In this document: in pieces, positions 41,301-53,853 of the stretch
Layout: every line of letters begins with the position of its first letter
How positions within the stretch are numbered: position 1 is the stretch's first letter
Origin: Azolla caroliniana
Lineage: Eukaryota; Plantae; Polypodiophyta
NCBI GenBank assembly: GCA_043228905.1
Contig: JBHGNT010000010.1
Location: 19,406,001 to 19,470,000 of the forward strand
Reading direction: 5' to 3'
Length of the DNA stretch: 64,000 bases
Made by a program: the position numbers and the translations under genes
The notes under the pieces: model-generated
Told to the model about the DNA's origin: nothing
What the model saw: the letters and a program-made list of their open reading frames with translations, nothing else
The model's database searches: none

Positions 41301-44300
41301 CAGGCTGAGATTGTAGCATCTGGAGGTGTGACAGGAACACAACCACAACCCCGACTTGAACTCCTCCCAATTGAGTTCAAACTCGATGAACCAGCCACAT
41401 ACTTGAGCTGGTCGCGTCGGATTATAGGTGCCTTGGCAGGGAGAAGCCTTGACGGCTACCTAACAGGAGAAGAGAAAGAACCTCTTGTCACAACAAGCAA
41501 TGAATGGAAAGCATGGAGAGCTACCCACATGTCTTTGTACACGTGGCTTCTCAACTCCATGATTCCATCAATCACCACAACAGTTGATGGAATTTTAAGT
41601 GTGAAGGAGATATGGGAGAAATTGCAAAAGGCATATGCTGGGTGAGGAAACAACATGAGAGTATTACAACATGAGGTTGTGGTCGAGGGGGCCGAAGAGG
41701 TGCAAGAGGAGGTCACCAAGCAAACTTGATGGTAACAAAAGAAGAGGAAGGAACTAAGGTGGTGTTCATCGAAGAGGATCAAGCTCTCTTAGAAATACTT
41801 AGGAGGAAGCAAAGAGCCGCAGATGATACTTCATTCATGTCAAGAGGTAACATTGCCACCTATGCTTATTCAACCACAAGTACTAGCAACACAAATACTC
41901 TTGCCTCTACACCAGAATGGATAATTGATTCTGGTGCATCTAGTCATGTAACAGGTAATACTAGTGAATTCTCCTCGTATACTGACTTATCAATGCCAGA
42001 AAGCATTCAAATTGCTGACGGTACAACACAACCTGTAGTGGGTATAGGTATAGTAAAATGTACCGACTCTGTGACATTGTCTAATGTGTTGCATGCTCCT
42101 TTCCCAGTAAACTTTTTATCCATAAGTTCTATCATACACCAACTAAACTATGTTGTTTCTTTTGATATTCCCAAGGTGATAAAGGTGATATTCCAGGAGA
42201 AAGGGACAAGTTGGAGATTTGGGACTAGCACATGGCATAATGGACTATGGTATTTGGATCGTGAAGGGCTGGATTCAGCATTAGCATCTATGGTAGAGGG
42301 AACAGATGTAAGGGGATCTAAAATGAGTTATGAGGAGTTGTTGATACTTTACCACCAACATATGGGACATACCTCTTATGGAGTTTTGAGTCGAGTGTAT
42401 CCACACCTTTTTGGAAAGGCTGATAAAACAAAACTTGTTTGCGATGCATGTGAATTTGGTAAGCTTACTAAAAGCTCATATGCTAGTTCAGGTCATAGGA
42501 GTTCCCATGCATTTGATGTAATACACTCCGATGTTTGGGGACCATGTTCCACAAGTTCTATTAATGCATATTGATATTTTGTCTCTTTCATTGATTGCTT
42601 CTCTCGTGTGACTTGGTTATATTTGATGAGGAAAAAAAATGAAGTATTTGCTTGTTTTAAAGATTTTCATAGAGCAGTTAAAACTCAATATGGTGCAGTA
42701 GTAACAGTGTTGAGGTCTGATAATGGAACAGAGTATGCTAACATGACATTTAGGGCATACCTCTCAGATCAAGGAATACAACATCAAACTACATGCCCAT
42801 ATACACCAGAACAAAATGGAGTAGCAGAGAGGAAGAATAGACATCTTATAGAGGTAACGAGAAGCATGATGATTTCTATGAATGTCCCAAAGCAATTGTG
42901 GGGACAGGCAGTTTTGACGGCTGCCACATTGATAAATAGAATGCCCTCTAGAGTATTGGAGTGGAAGTCTCCATGTGAGTTGTTGCAAGGCAATAAGTCT
43001 GGAACCCTTCCTTTGAAGGTGTTTGGATGTGTGCGTTTTGTAAAGGACAGTAGACCATCTGTAGGAAAACTTGATCCTAAAGCTGTAAAATGTGTATTTG
43101 TGGGATACTTTGCCACACAAAAAGGCTATGTTTGTTGGAGTCCAGTAAAGAAGAGATTATTTGTGAGCATGGCTGTGCATTTCAGAGAGTCAGAGCCATA
43201 TTATAAACAAGGGGTAACTTCACCCTTTGATGACTTAATTGAGACTGAAAATATGAGGGAAGGAGATAATGGTGAGAGGTTGCTAAAAATAGGATCAATT
43301 CCTTTACTGATCCCTACATCAGCTGAGAAACAAGTGAGCGTAGGCGATACAGAAGAAGAAGGAAACGAAGACGAGGAGCCTATATGTGTTGGGACTCAAG
43401 CTGAGGGGGAGCTAAAGGTGTATACAAGGAAGAGGAGGCAAAAAGAAGGAAATATGAACACATCTTCAGTGCCACATGTGCCATCAAGTTCCATGTCCCG
43501 ACTTGCCTCGACTTCTGAAATACCTACAGAACTCCCAAACCCAGAAATCACAAGTGATATGATTTCCTCTCCTTCTCCTATAGAGATTAGGAGGACCTCT
43601 CGCAGTAATGCAGGAGTCCCTCCTGATCGTTATGGTTTTCCTCATGATATTGCTCAGTTTATCTCTTATTCTAACATATCAGCTACACATAGAGCATTCA
43701 ATGCATCATTAGACTCTGTCACTTTACCCAAGTGTTGGCAGGTTGCTAAAGAAGACCCAAAATGGAAAGCAGCCATGCAAGAAGAACTCAGAGCTCTTGA
43801 GAAGAACAAAACTTGGGAGATTGTGTCACTACCACCAAGAAAGAAGGCGGTTGGGTGCAAATGGGTGTTTACAATAAAACAGACCCCAGAGGGAAAAATA
43901 GATCAATACAAGGCACGATTGGTGGCTAAAGGATATAGTCAGACATATGGCATTGACTACGATGAGACTTTTGCACCTATGGCGAAGATGAGCACTATTA
44001 GAACGCTTATTTCCTTAGCAGTGAATAAGGATTGGAAATTACATCAATTAGATGTAAAAAATGCATTCCTTCATGGAAAGTTGATGGAGGAAGTGTACAT
44101 GGATGTCCCCCCAGGTTTTGGTAAAATTCAAACAATAGGTAAGGTTTGCAGACTAAGGAAGTCGCTTTATGGACTAAAGCAATCTCCTCGAGCCTGGTTC
44201 GACAGGTTAAGAAGGGCTATGGTGGGTGTGGCATACCAACAGACAAATGTAGACCATACAGTGTTTTTTCGACAACACAAGGAGCATACTACAGTACTTG

Positions 44301-47300
44301 CTGTGTATGTGGATGATATAATTATCACGGGTAACAATGAAGGGGAAATTGCCCAACTGAAGGTGCAATTGGGTAAAGAGTTTGAGGTGAAGGATCTAGG
44401 ATTGCTACGATACTTTCTTGGAATTGAGGTAGCTCGTGGAGCAAAAGGAGTTGTTCTATATCAGCGAAAATATGTATTAGATCTTCTCACAGAAACTAGA
44501 ATGTTGGGTTGTAGGCCCGTAGCTTCTCCAATCGACCAAAAGATCAAGCTAATTGAACTTTCAGGAGAGAAAGTTGATCGTGAAAGGTATCAAAGATTGG
44601 TAGGTCGGCTGATTTATTTGACTCACACCCGGCCAGATATTTCATTTGCAGTAAGTGTGGTAAGTCGCTACATGCATGATCCGAGGAAAGATCATATGGA
44701 TGTAGTGTACCATATTCTAAGATATCTCAAAGGTGCCCCGGGGAAGGGATTAATCTTTAGAAAACATGGTCATTTTAACATTGAGGGCTATTGTGATTTT
44801 GATTGGGCTAGTTGTGCTGATGATAGGAAATCCACATCAGGATACTGCATGTTTGTTGGAGGCAATCTGTCTCTTGGAAGAGTAAGAAACAATCAGTAGT
44901 AGCAAGGTCAACAGCCGAAGCAAAGTATAGAGCTATTGCTATAGGAGTTGCAAAGATGTTATGCCTGAGAACTCTCCTAGTAGAACTAAAGGTGAATCAA
45001 GAAAATCAGATGATATTGTGGTGTGACAATAAGTCAGCAATCACCATTGCCAACAATCCGGTACAGCACGATAGGACCAAGCACATTGAAATCAACAGAT
45101 TCTTTATCAAGGAAAAGCTTGATAATGGAATATTAAAATTGAGTCGTGTTTCTACTGAACAAGTCACAGATTGTCTTACAAATGGACTTGGGCCAGTTAA
45201 GTCTTACTAGATTGTGTGACAAGATGGGCTTAGTGGATATTTTTCGCCCATCTTGAGGGGGAGTGTTGAGAATGTTTAAAAGTTATAACGGCTAGTTATT
45301 TCCAACAGCTAGTTAGCCCAACGGCCATATCTTGGCCTTTATAAAGAGGAACTTTCTCCTCATGTAAAAATAAGCGATCTTTGTATTTTCTCCCTCCAGT
45401 TGTGACATACCAATGTATATTACTGAACAGATGTGCCTTCTCATTTTTCTTTATCACCCACTCTCTTCGGTCTCTATATAGATGAGGTATCACATTACAT
45501 AGAGAGATTTGGGGGTTTGGGAGCATCCCTAGCAAGTATAGCTATACAAATATTACTATATGTTGATGATATTGTTAGGTGTAAAGGCCCGTAGTTCACA
45601 AATTAGGTAATTATTCGTATATGTGAACACATTGTTCACCTGGACAAGACACCTTTTTTTTTTTGTAATGTGAACACACCACTTTCTTTGTAAGGTTAAC
45701 TAATATAATAACCTTTTTTTTCTTGTGTACCAATCAAGGCGGTTGGGTACACCAAAGATCTGCGTGTCTCTACTCTCATCTCTACTACAGTCCTGTTTGC
45801 TGAACGTCATCTCTCAATAGCTGATCCGTCAAACATCCCTCTTTACCTTTAACTAGTATCAGAGCCAAATCTCTTTCCTCTACTTTGCTGTTTTTCTTTA
45901 GATTCAGAATCAGCAGAAAACACAGATTTAAAAAATAAAAATAAAAAAAATAAAAAATCTGTCAGACCCTTTCCTATTGGTATTCTGCTCAATTTATGAA
46001 GGCATCTGTCATAAATCTTGGGAGCAATGGCCTCCACTTCAGCTGAAGTGAAAAACCTCTTTGAAATCAAGAGATTTGATGGAAAAGGTTTCGAATTGTG
46101 GAAAGAGCGTATGTTGGGCATCCTCTTTCTAAGAGATTGTGAAGATGCTCTTGTAGAAAAGAAACCAGAGAGCATGGAAAATGATGCTTGGAACACTCTG
46201 AATAAGAAAGCCATTACATATATTAAAATGGTTGTTTCTGATGAAATTCTTGTAGATGTAAAGGGCTTGACTACTGCCCATCAAGTTTGGGAGAAACTTA
46301 AGAAAACTTACGAGAATACTACTCCTGTGAATCAGGTGCATTTGATGAGAAAACTTGCCAGTATGAGGATTGATGAGTCGAAAGGTGCAACAAAGCATCT
46401 ATCTTTATTCACAGGTACTCTCTCCCAACTACAAGATTCAGGATTACCAGCTTTTGATGACAAGCTCAAAGCTATCTTCCTACTTATGACTTTACCAGAT
46501 TCGTGGGAAACATTAGTTGTTTCACTATCTAATAGCCCCACCTTGACCTTCGATGGTGTGCGGGGCTCTATTCTCAGTGAAGAGATTAGAAGACAATCTA
46601 GCGGAGAAGGTAGTGGTTCAGCATACAATATTAGGGGGAGATATGATAAGAGGAACCCAAATGTAGGACAAAGAAATAGAAGTAAGAGTAGAGGGAAAGG
46701 AAAACAGCAAGATATCACTTGCTATCATTGTGGCCGTAAAGGTCATAAGAAACCTGATTGTAGATATTGGAAGATGGAACTAGAAAGGAAGAAGAATGTA
46801 GGAGAGAAGAAAAACAAAGAGGATAAGTTTAATACAACAGAGAAAGCTAATATGGCTTCAAATGTTATCATTGAAGACCTATCTGGTGAAGATGGTGATG
46901 TACTTTGTATTACAGGTGATGCCTTTATAGCTCATGTTCAATACATGCAAATCACCAAAATAGATGTTATTGATGCTTTATTGTCAATCGATGATGGATT
47001 GACACAGACATGGATAGTAGACTCTGGGGCTTCTTTTCATGTTACTCCATGTTTGGAGTGCTTTACCACATTTGATGCAGGCAGTTATGGAAAAGTTTAT
47101 CTTGGTAACAATAGTGCTTGCAATATTGATGGTATTGGAACCATACACTTGTCTTTGGATAATGGTCAAGAGCTTGTGCTCAAAGATGTTAGGTATGTAC
47201 CTGGCATAAAGAAAAGTTTGCTATCTGTAGGACAGATAGATTTGCATGGTTACACCACATTATTGGGTGGTGGATTATGGAAACTAAAGAAAGGATCTAT

Positions 47301-50300
47301 GGTTATTGTGAAAGGTTGCAAAAAGGGCACTCTGTACTTTTTGCAATGCAAAGCTTTACCTGGAAAGTTTCTTGCTATTGCTGAATTCGACTCTCGTTTA
47401 GAGCTTTGGCATAAGAGATTAGGACATATGAGCCAAAAAGGACTTGAAGTCCTTTCTGCTTTAAAAAGATTTGATGTTAAAGGATCAAAGCTGGTTTTTT
47501 GTAATGATTGTCTATTTGGCAAACAAGTGAGAAATTCTTATTATTCTGGTATCTCTCGTAAACCAAATGTGCTAGATTTGGTGCATTCTAATGTATGTAG
47601 CATGCCTGTAAATTCCTTGGGCGGTGCTGCATATTTTATTTCCTTTATCGATGATTATTCTAGGAAGATTTGGGTGTACTTGATGAAAAGAAAAGGTGAT
47701 GCATTTGATGCATTTAAATCTTTTCATGCATTTGTGACTACTCAAAAAGGGACAAAACTGAAATGTCTCAGAACAGATAATGGGGTGAGTTTACATCTGC
47801 AGAATTTAAGTCTTATTGTGACTTACATGGTATTAAAAGAGAGCTTACTGCTCCATATAACCCTTCATCAAATGGGGTGGCAGAAAGGTATAATAGGACC
47901 TTGTGTGAGCGAGTATGATGCATGCTGTCCACAGCTAATCTCCCTCATGAATTTTGGGGAAAAGCATTAAAAACCGCGGTTCATATATGTAATCGTTCTC
48001 CCAACAAGTCCTTAAAAAATGGAATCCCTGAGGAGGTTTGGTCTGGCAAACCAGCTTCATATGACCATTTACGAATTTTCGGTTGTGATGCGTTTAGGGT
48101 TTAGGGTGAGCTGAGAAATAAGCTCGATGCTAAGTCCACCATGGGCATTTTTATGGGCTATGGTGATGAAGGTGAAATGGGCTATAGGATTTGGTTACCT
48201 CAGTCCAGAAAAATTGTACGCAGCCGGGATGTTGTTTTTAATGAAGAAAAATTGCTGAAAAATGCTTGTTCCTCTGTTGGGAACTCTAAGATCGTTACAT
48301 TTCAGCAATTACAGCCATCCACAAAATCTGAAAATAAACCTCATGATGCTATACCAAAGGTTGAATATGATGGTCCACCGGTTATCTTTGAGCCAGAAGA
48401 AGTTGGACAGCAAAGAGATGCTCATGAAGGTATTGGTCAACGAGATGAAGGTACTGAAGAACAAAATATAGATGTCGAACAACATGCTGGACATGGTTCG
48501 CAACAGCCAGAAAGTGCTGAAAATGATTTTCCTCCAGATTTAGAACCAATCCCAGAAAATACTGATCATTGGGTACGTAGGTCTAATCGTTCAAGGAGGC
48601 AAGTATATAGATATGACCCCTCTTTGCATTATGTCATGTTGTCAGATGAGGGTGAACCTCTTACTTATAAGGAGGCAATGTCATGTGAACTTAGCAGTAA
48701 GTGGGAGCTTGCAATGCAAGAAGAAATAAAATCTTTATATGCAAATGATACATGGGATCTTGTGTCCTTACCTCAAGGAAGGAAAGCTCTTCCAAATAAG
48801 TGGGTTTATAAGGTAAAGGAAATTGAAGGGAAACCAAAATACAAGGCAAGATTAGTTGCCAAGGGTTATGCACAGAAGGAAGGTATTGACTTCCAAGAGG
48901 TCTTCTCTCCTGTTGTGAAGATGACCACACTTCGTGTGCTATTTGCTCTCACTGCAATACTTAATTTGGAGTTGTACCAAATGGATGTAAAGACCGCTTT
49001 TTTGCATGGTGATATTGATGAAGAGATCTACATGAAACAACCTGAGGGTTTTGTAGTCTCTAACAAGGAGCATTTGGTATGCAAACTAAAACGTAGCTTG
49101 TATGGCCTAAAACAAGCACCACGACAGTGGTATAAGAAGTTTGATACTTTTATGCTTTCTCAAGGCTTTGATCGTAGCTATGCAGATCATTGTTTATACA
49201 CGAAAAAGGATATCGATGACAGTCCTATCATACTTGTTCTATATGTGGATGATATGTTGCTAGCTGGGAAAAGAAAGACTAGTCTTGATGCTCTAAAAGA
49301 TCAACTGAAATTGGTCTTCTCTATGAAAGATTTGGGAAATGCAGAGCATATTTTGGGCATGAGAATCAGTAGAAACAGAAAAGACAAATTGTTGTTTTTG
49401 TCACAAGAAAAGTACATTGAAAAAGTGCTTAACAGATTTAATATGGCAGAAGCAAAGTCCCTTGGAGTTCCTTTGCCATCATATCTTAAACTCAGCAAGG
49501 CTGATTGTCCAAAGGATGAGATGAAAATCAATGCTATGAAGGGAATTCCTTATGCATCAGCATGTGGTTCTCTAATGTATGCTATGGTAGCTACTCGTCC
49601 AGATATTGCTTATGCAGTGGGAGTTGTTAGTCGCTATATGTCTAATCCCGGGAAAGCACATTGGGAGGCTGTCAAGTGTGTTTTCAGGTATCTTAAAGGT
49701 ACACAGAGAAAATGTTTATGCTATGGGAAGGGTGCATTAAATTTGCAGGGATATTGTGATGCAGACATGGCAGGTGACTTGGATACACGTAAGTCTACTA
49801 GCGGGTATATATTTACAGTTGTTGGTGGAGCAGTGTCTTGGTGCTCCAAATTGCAAAAGATTGTAGCACTGAGTACTACTGAAGCTGAATATATTTCAGC
49901 TACAGAAGCTTCAAAGGAAGCTATATGGCTCAGCAGACTTGGTGAAGATCTTGGCATGTCTGTTAGTACTCCTGTGTTAGGATGTGGTAGCCAGAGTGCT
50001 GTGTATCTGGCTAAGAATGCCATGTTTCATTCGCGCACCAAACACATTGATGTGCGACATCACTTTATTAGACAAGTTTTGGAGGATGGTCTAGTCACAT
50101 TGACCAAGATCAAAACACAGGATAATCCTGCAGATATTCTCACTAAAAGTCTTGGCAAAGCTCAACATGAGCATTGCATACAGTTAGTGGGAGTTACTTG
50201 AATGTTCACATCGGACCTTTAAGTGGGAGGTTATTAGGTGTAAAGGCCCGTAGTTCACAAATTAGGTAATTATTCGTATATGTGAACACATTGTTCACCT

Positions 50301-53274
50301 GGACAGGACACCTTTTTTTTTTGTAATGTGAACACGCCACTTTCTTTGTAAGGTTAACTAATATAATAACCTTTTTTTTCTTGTGTACCAATCAAGGCGG
50401 TTGGGTACACCAAAGATTTGCGTGTCTCTACTCTCATCTCTACTACAGTCTTGTTTGCTGAACGTCATCTCTCAATAGCTGATCCGTCAAACATCCCTCT
50501 TTACCTTTAGATATTGTGCTGATTTCTGACTCTCCGGAGGGACAACAAAGACATCTAAATGCCTTTAAACTATTTTGTACGGACAAAGGTTTGTCAATAA
50601 ACATGGATTAAACTAAAGTGATGGTGTTTAACACCACTCAAGCATGGGTAACAAGATCAAAAACGGAATTCTTCTTGGGAGAGGAAAAGGTGGAATACAC
50701 ACACTCCTACACATACCTAGGAGTAACATTTACAGAGCCTATGTTCTCCTTACAAGAGGCTGCTTGTGCCCGACTTTCTCGTGAATATGCAGCCCTTGGT
50801 GCTTTTGAGAGACAAAGTGCACATTTGCAGTTCCAAGAGCCACAAACTAAGTTGTGGTTATCTTATACACTTCTCACACCAACTCTTCTCTATGGAGTAG
50901 AAATGTGGGGACCGAGTCTTAACAAAGAAAATCATTGGAAAGATTTAGAGAGGCCTTTGGTGTCAATGATTGCCCGCATGATAAGGAGCAAAGCATCGGT
51001 GCCCCATGATATAATTCGGGCAGCGATGGGAGCAGCACCTATAATCACCGAGGCATTGTTCCAAACAGTGACATGTATCCAACATCTTTGGGGGCTTCCT
51101 AAACGAAGGTACTCAAGGTTGGCACTTATGTCATCAAGACAACAGGCTGAAAATGGAGACATTCATTGTTGGTATACTGAAATGCAACAATGGTTCGAGT
51201 CACATGGCATGAGTATAAATGCATTACCCCCGTTCCAATATAGCTTGGACTCTCCCCATCTAAATATGACCAAAGTGAAAAAGAATAGAGTGATCCAAAC
51301 TGATATTATTAACTTGGAAAACAAGATAACATGGATCAGCCCCAAAATATCACTTGGTACGAAGATGAACCACTACCAGACACACTTCTTACACACATCA
51401 GAGGATGGATTCATCATCAAGACACCTTATATGACATACATCTATCCTATGCACTGCACAAAGTGATAGGGCAGCTGCGAACTTCATCACATCAGTTAGA
51501 GATTGAGGTAGGCTGATATACACGAATACCTTTAGAAGAAAGAATTTGCCAATTGTGTCATCAAGGAGTGGAATCCGAAGAACGCTATGTTTGTCATTGC
51601 AATGTCTTTTATGAAATTAGAGGGAGATACTATTGCCTCTTTAAACAACGCTTTGACCCGTTACGCAAGGTAATGGAATATGCCTAGGACTTTTCTTGCT
51701 AGAACTCAAGAGACATAGGGAAAAGTGTTGAAGGACAATAGTACAACCACACAAGCTCATCCAAGAAGAACAATCACAACTTTCTTTAGTCCCATCACTC
51801 CTACTAATGCTACAAGTCAATGAAGCGATACAAGACCAATGGGATCCCAACCAAGACATAACAAAGGGGTTACAATAGATCAGGCAATAGCAATTTCTCA
51901 TGCACATAGGCCCCGGCCCCACGGATCACGACCTCACCACCTTTGTCATCGACGGATAAAGGCCATTATCTCCGACCATTGTAGGTGCTTCAATCACTTT
52001 GGAGACCTCTCCATTTTGGATTGACCTATACTAGAGATCTTTCGAAGACAAAAATTACGATATATCTGACATGAGAATCTTATATGAAATGATAACAAGA
52101 TTCTTTAGTTTGTTGTTATTTTATTTACTTTTTTAGAATATCTTCAACAAACCAGATTACGTCTTCAGATTGGTGCAAGAGATTTTCATTTGAGAAAACA
52201 AATTTTGATCCTAGATAGTTTCTCACAATGTTTATCATATGGGAAATGTGGAGACTAAATCATCTTACAGTCTTTTTCACCGTCTCATGGTTTCTGGAAG
52301 CACATGCAGTGCGGTTCTGCTGCCCCTCCAATCAAGCTGTTTGGCCCTACGTATTACCAATGAGTGAAGAATATTTTCAACAAGATATAGGTTGACGAAT
52401 CCGCTCTAGCAAGGGTGAAAATCTGAGTCCATCCGAAGGTTGTTCTAAGATTCTAGAAAATTCAGATTATACAATTATGGACACAATTCAGTTAATGGTG
52501 GATTATTCAGATCAGGTGCAATGGACTACCGCATTGATATAGCTGTATGCTAGGCCACGTTGTCTTCGAAGATAAGGGAGTCATGAGTTGTTTGTATGCG
52601 TTCCACCATCTCTTGGCAAGTGAGAGGGACTTTTATACATGTCTAAGTTTACGTTATGGAAACAATGAGAAAAAAAATTGGAATTTCCCTGCAAATAAAA
52701 AGCCTAAATTTCATGAGCTTCTTCAAGCACAATTATGCTGATATGAAAGATGAACCTTCGACCAACAAATTTTGTAGGTTCTAAGATGCAAATGCGTATT
52801 CTTAAAAGACTCAAAACGTTAAAACTAATCCACATTTATATAATAGCATAGGGTGATCTTTCTAAGTTATAAAATGCAAATGCATGCACTTAAGAAAATT
52901 GGGACATTAAAACTAATTAGCAATTAATCTATAACCATGATAAGATTTTTATAGGTTCTTAAAATCACACTCTTAAGAGACTCCAAACATTGAGGCCTAT
53001 CCACTATTAATCTAAATTGATAATGAATTATGTTGCTGGCGTATCGATTATTTTATTCCTTTCAATTATCTTTCTCAAATATTGCAGAAAATTAATCCAA
53101 AACACTAAACGAAACAAACAGAAGGGTTATTTATATAAGCAAACCGAAAATTTCAAAACAAAGTAGGTGGAACACTTGAGTGGAAGAGAGAAACTTACCT
53201 TGTAGACGGTGGGTGAAGCCACGAGAACTCAGTTGAGAAAGGAGAACTCGGGAAAACCCATGAACAACAAACAT
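35385..53274 (-). CDS. LpxD: UDP-3-O-acyl-glucosamine N-acyltransferase (LpxD) homolog, probably mitochondrial, about 260 aa
   Basis: Exons 53274-53199 ([25 protein letters not shown], presequence-like; linkage inferred from phase), 38384-38198, 36805-36729, 36462-36413, 36284-36220, 36081-36030, 35964-35894, 35806-35740, 35601-35530 and 35450-35385. Hexapeptide repeats and LpxD motifs [37 protein letters not shown] and YAGFPAVP. The core exons are more certain than exon 1. Confidence 0.9.
37883..37988. repeat. About 27-bp minisatellite, 4 copies, in a LpxD intron
   Basis: GTCCTAAGTGTGTTCACACACAT(TATT/CACT) with alternating unit variants. Confidence 0.9.
40831..45453 (+). mobile_element. Ty1/Copia LTR retrotransposon 1 (Ale/Retrofit-like), defective
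   Basis: LTRs 40831-41032 and 45264-45453; TSD TCACC (40826-40830 and 45454-45458); PBS TGGTATCAGAGC at 41033-41044; PPT GAGGGGGAG before 45264. Domain order gag, WIIDSGAS protease, HSDVWGP/LRSDNG/NGVAERK integrase, YVDD RT, RNase H. Stops at 41643 and 42572, a gag deletion and an RNase H frameshift. Confidence 0.97.
45573..50509 (+). mobile_element. Ty1/Copia LTR retrotransposon 2 (Tnt1-like), defective
   Basis: LTRs 45573-45851 and 50232-50509; TSD GATAT (45568-45572 and 50510-50514); mutated PBS TAGTATCAGAGCC at 45854-45866; [27 protein letters not shown] zinc knuckle, WIVDSGAS protease, WHKRLGH, LYVDD RT and RTKHIDVR RNase H. Frameshift at about 47785 and internal stops. Confidence 0.97.
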
Positions 53275-53620
53275 ACGTAGGGTTCCGTTACATGATCAGG
53301 TTTTACGGAAAGATTTAAGGTTCCATTACATAACAAAGCTGTATGGAAAGCAGAGATTTTATGGAAAGATCTAGGGCTTCATTATATGATTTCGGGGTTT
53401 ATGGAAAGCAGAGAGTTGAGTAGAGAGAAATAGAACATATGAGCAATAATGAGGGTGTAACAATACCACACTATAGTATTATAGAACATTTCTGGGTTTG
53501 GTTCAAGTTTAAGAACTTCCAAGCCGGTTAAAGCTTAGCCGGTTTGGTTTGGACAAGGCCAAACTGGTTAAGCCGAAGTCAAACCGTTGCATATCTAAGT
53601 TCTTGTGATTATAATTTATA

Positions 53621-53853
53621 GGGAAAAGTACCATTGGAAGTTCGTCTATTTACCGGAATGCCCCTAGAAGTTCCAAATTTACCAAACTACCCCTATGTCC
53701 AAAAAATTACACTTTATAAAGTTGTAGATTTGAGTGTATAATTACTTTATAAAGTGTAATTTTTTGGACATAGGGGTAGTTTGGTAAATTTACAACTTCT
53801 AGGGACATCCTGGTAAATAGACGAACTTCCAGGGGTATCCTGGTACTTTTCCC
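53621..53853. mobile_element. Mutator-like MITE / foldback element, 233 bp
   Basis: About 100-bp terminal inverted repeats (GGGAAAAGTACCA...TGGTACTTTTCCC) with a short spacer, and a perfect 9-bp TSD TAATTTATA (53612-53620 and 53854-53862). Confidence 0.93.

Larger units (their letters stand above)
39470..52100 (+). mobile_element. Decayed non-L1 LINE (RTEX/L2-like), interrupted by two Copia elements
   Basis: ORF1-like [11 protein letters not shown]; APE endonuclease motifs GVAVLYK, YFPP, LLGDFNA and ADH. The RT motif VKQGCPLSP|[14 protein letters not shown]|IVL is restored by removing both Copias. C-terminal [31 protein letters not shown] segments: about 39470-40830, 45454-45572 and 50510-about 52100. 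There is an internal deletion at about 40645. Confidence 0.88.
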
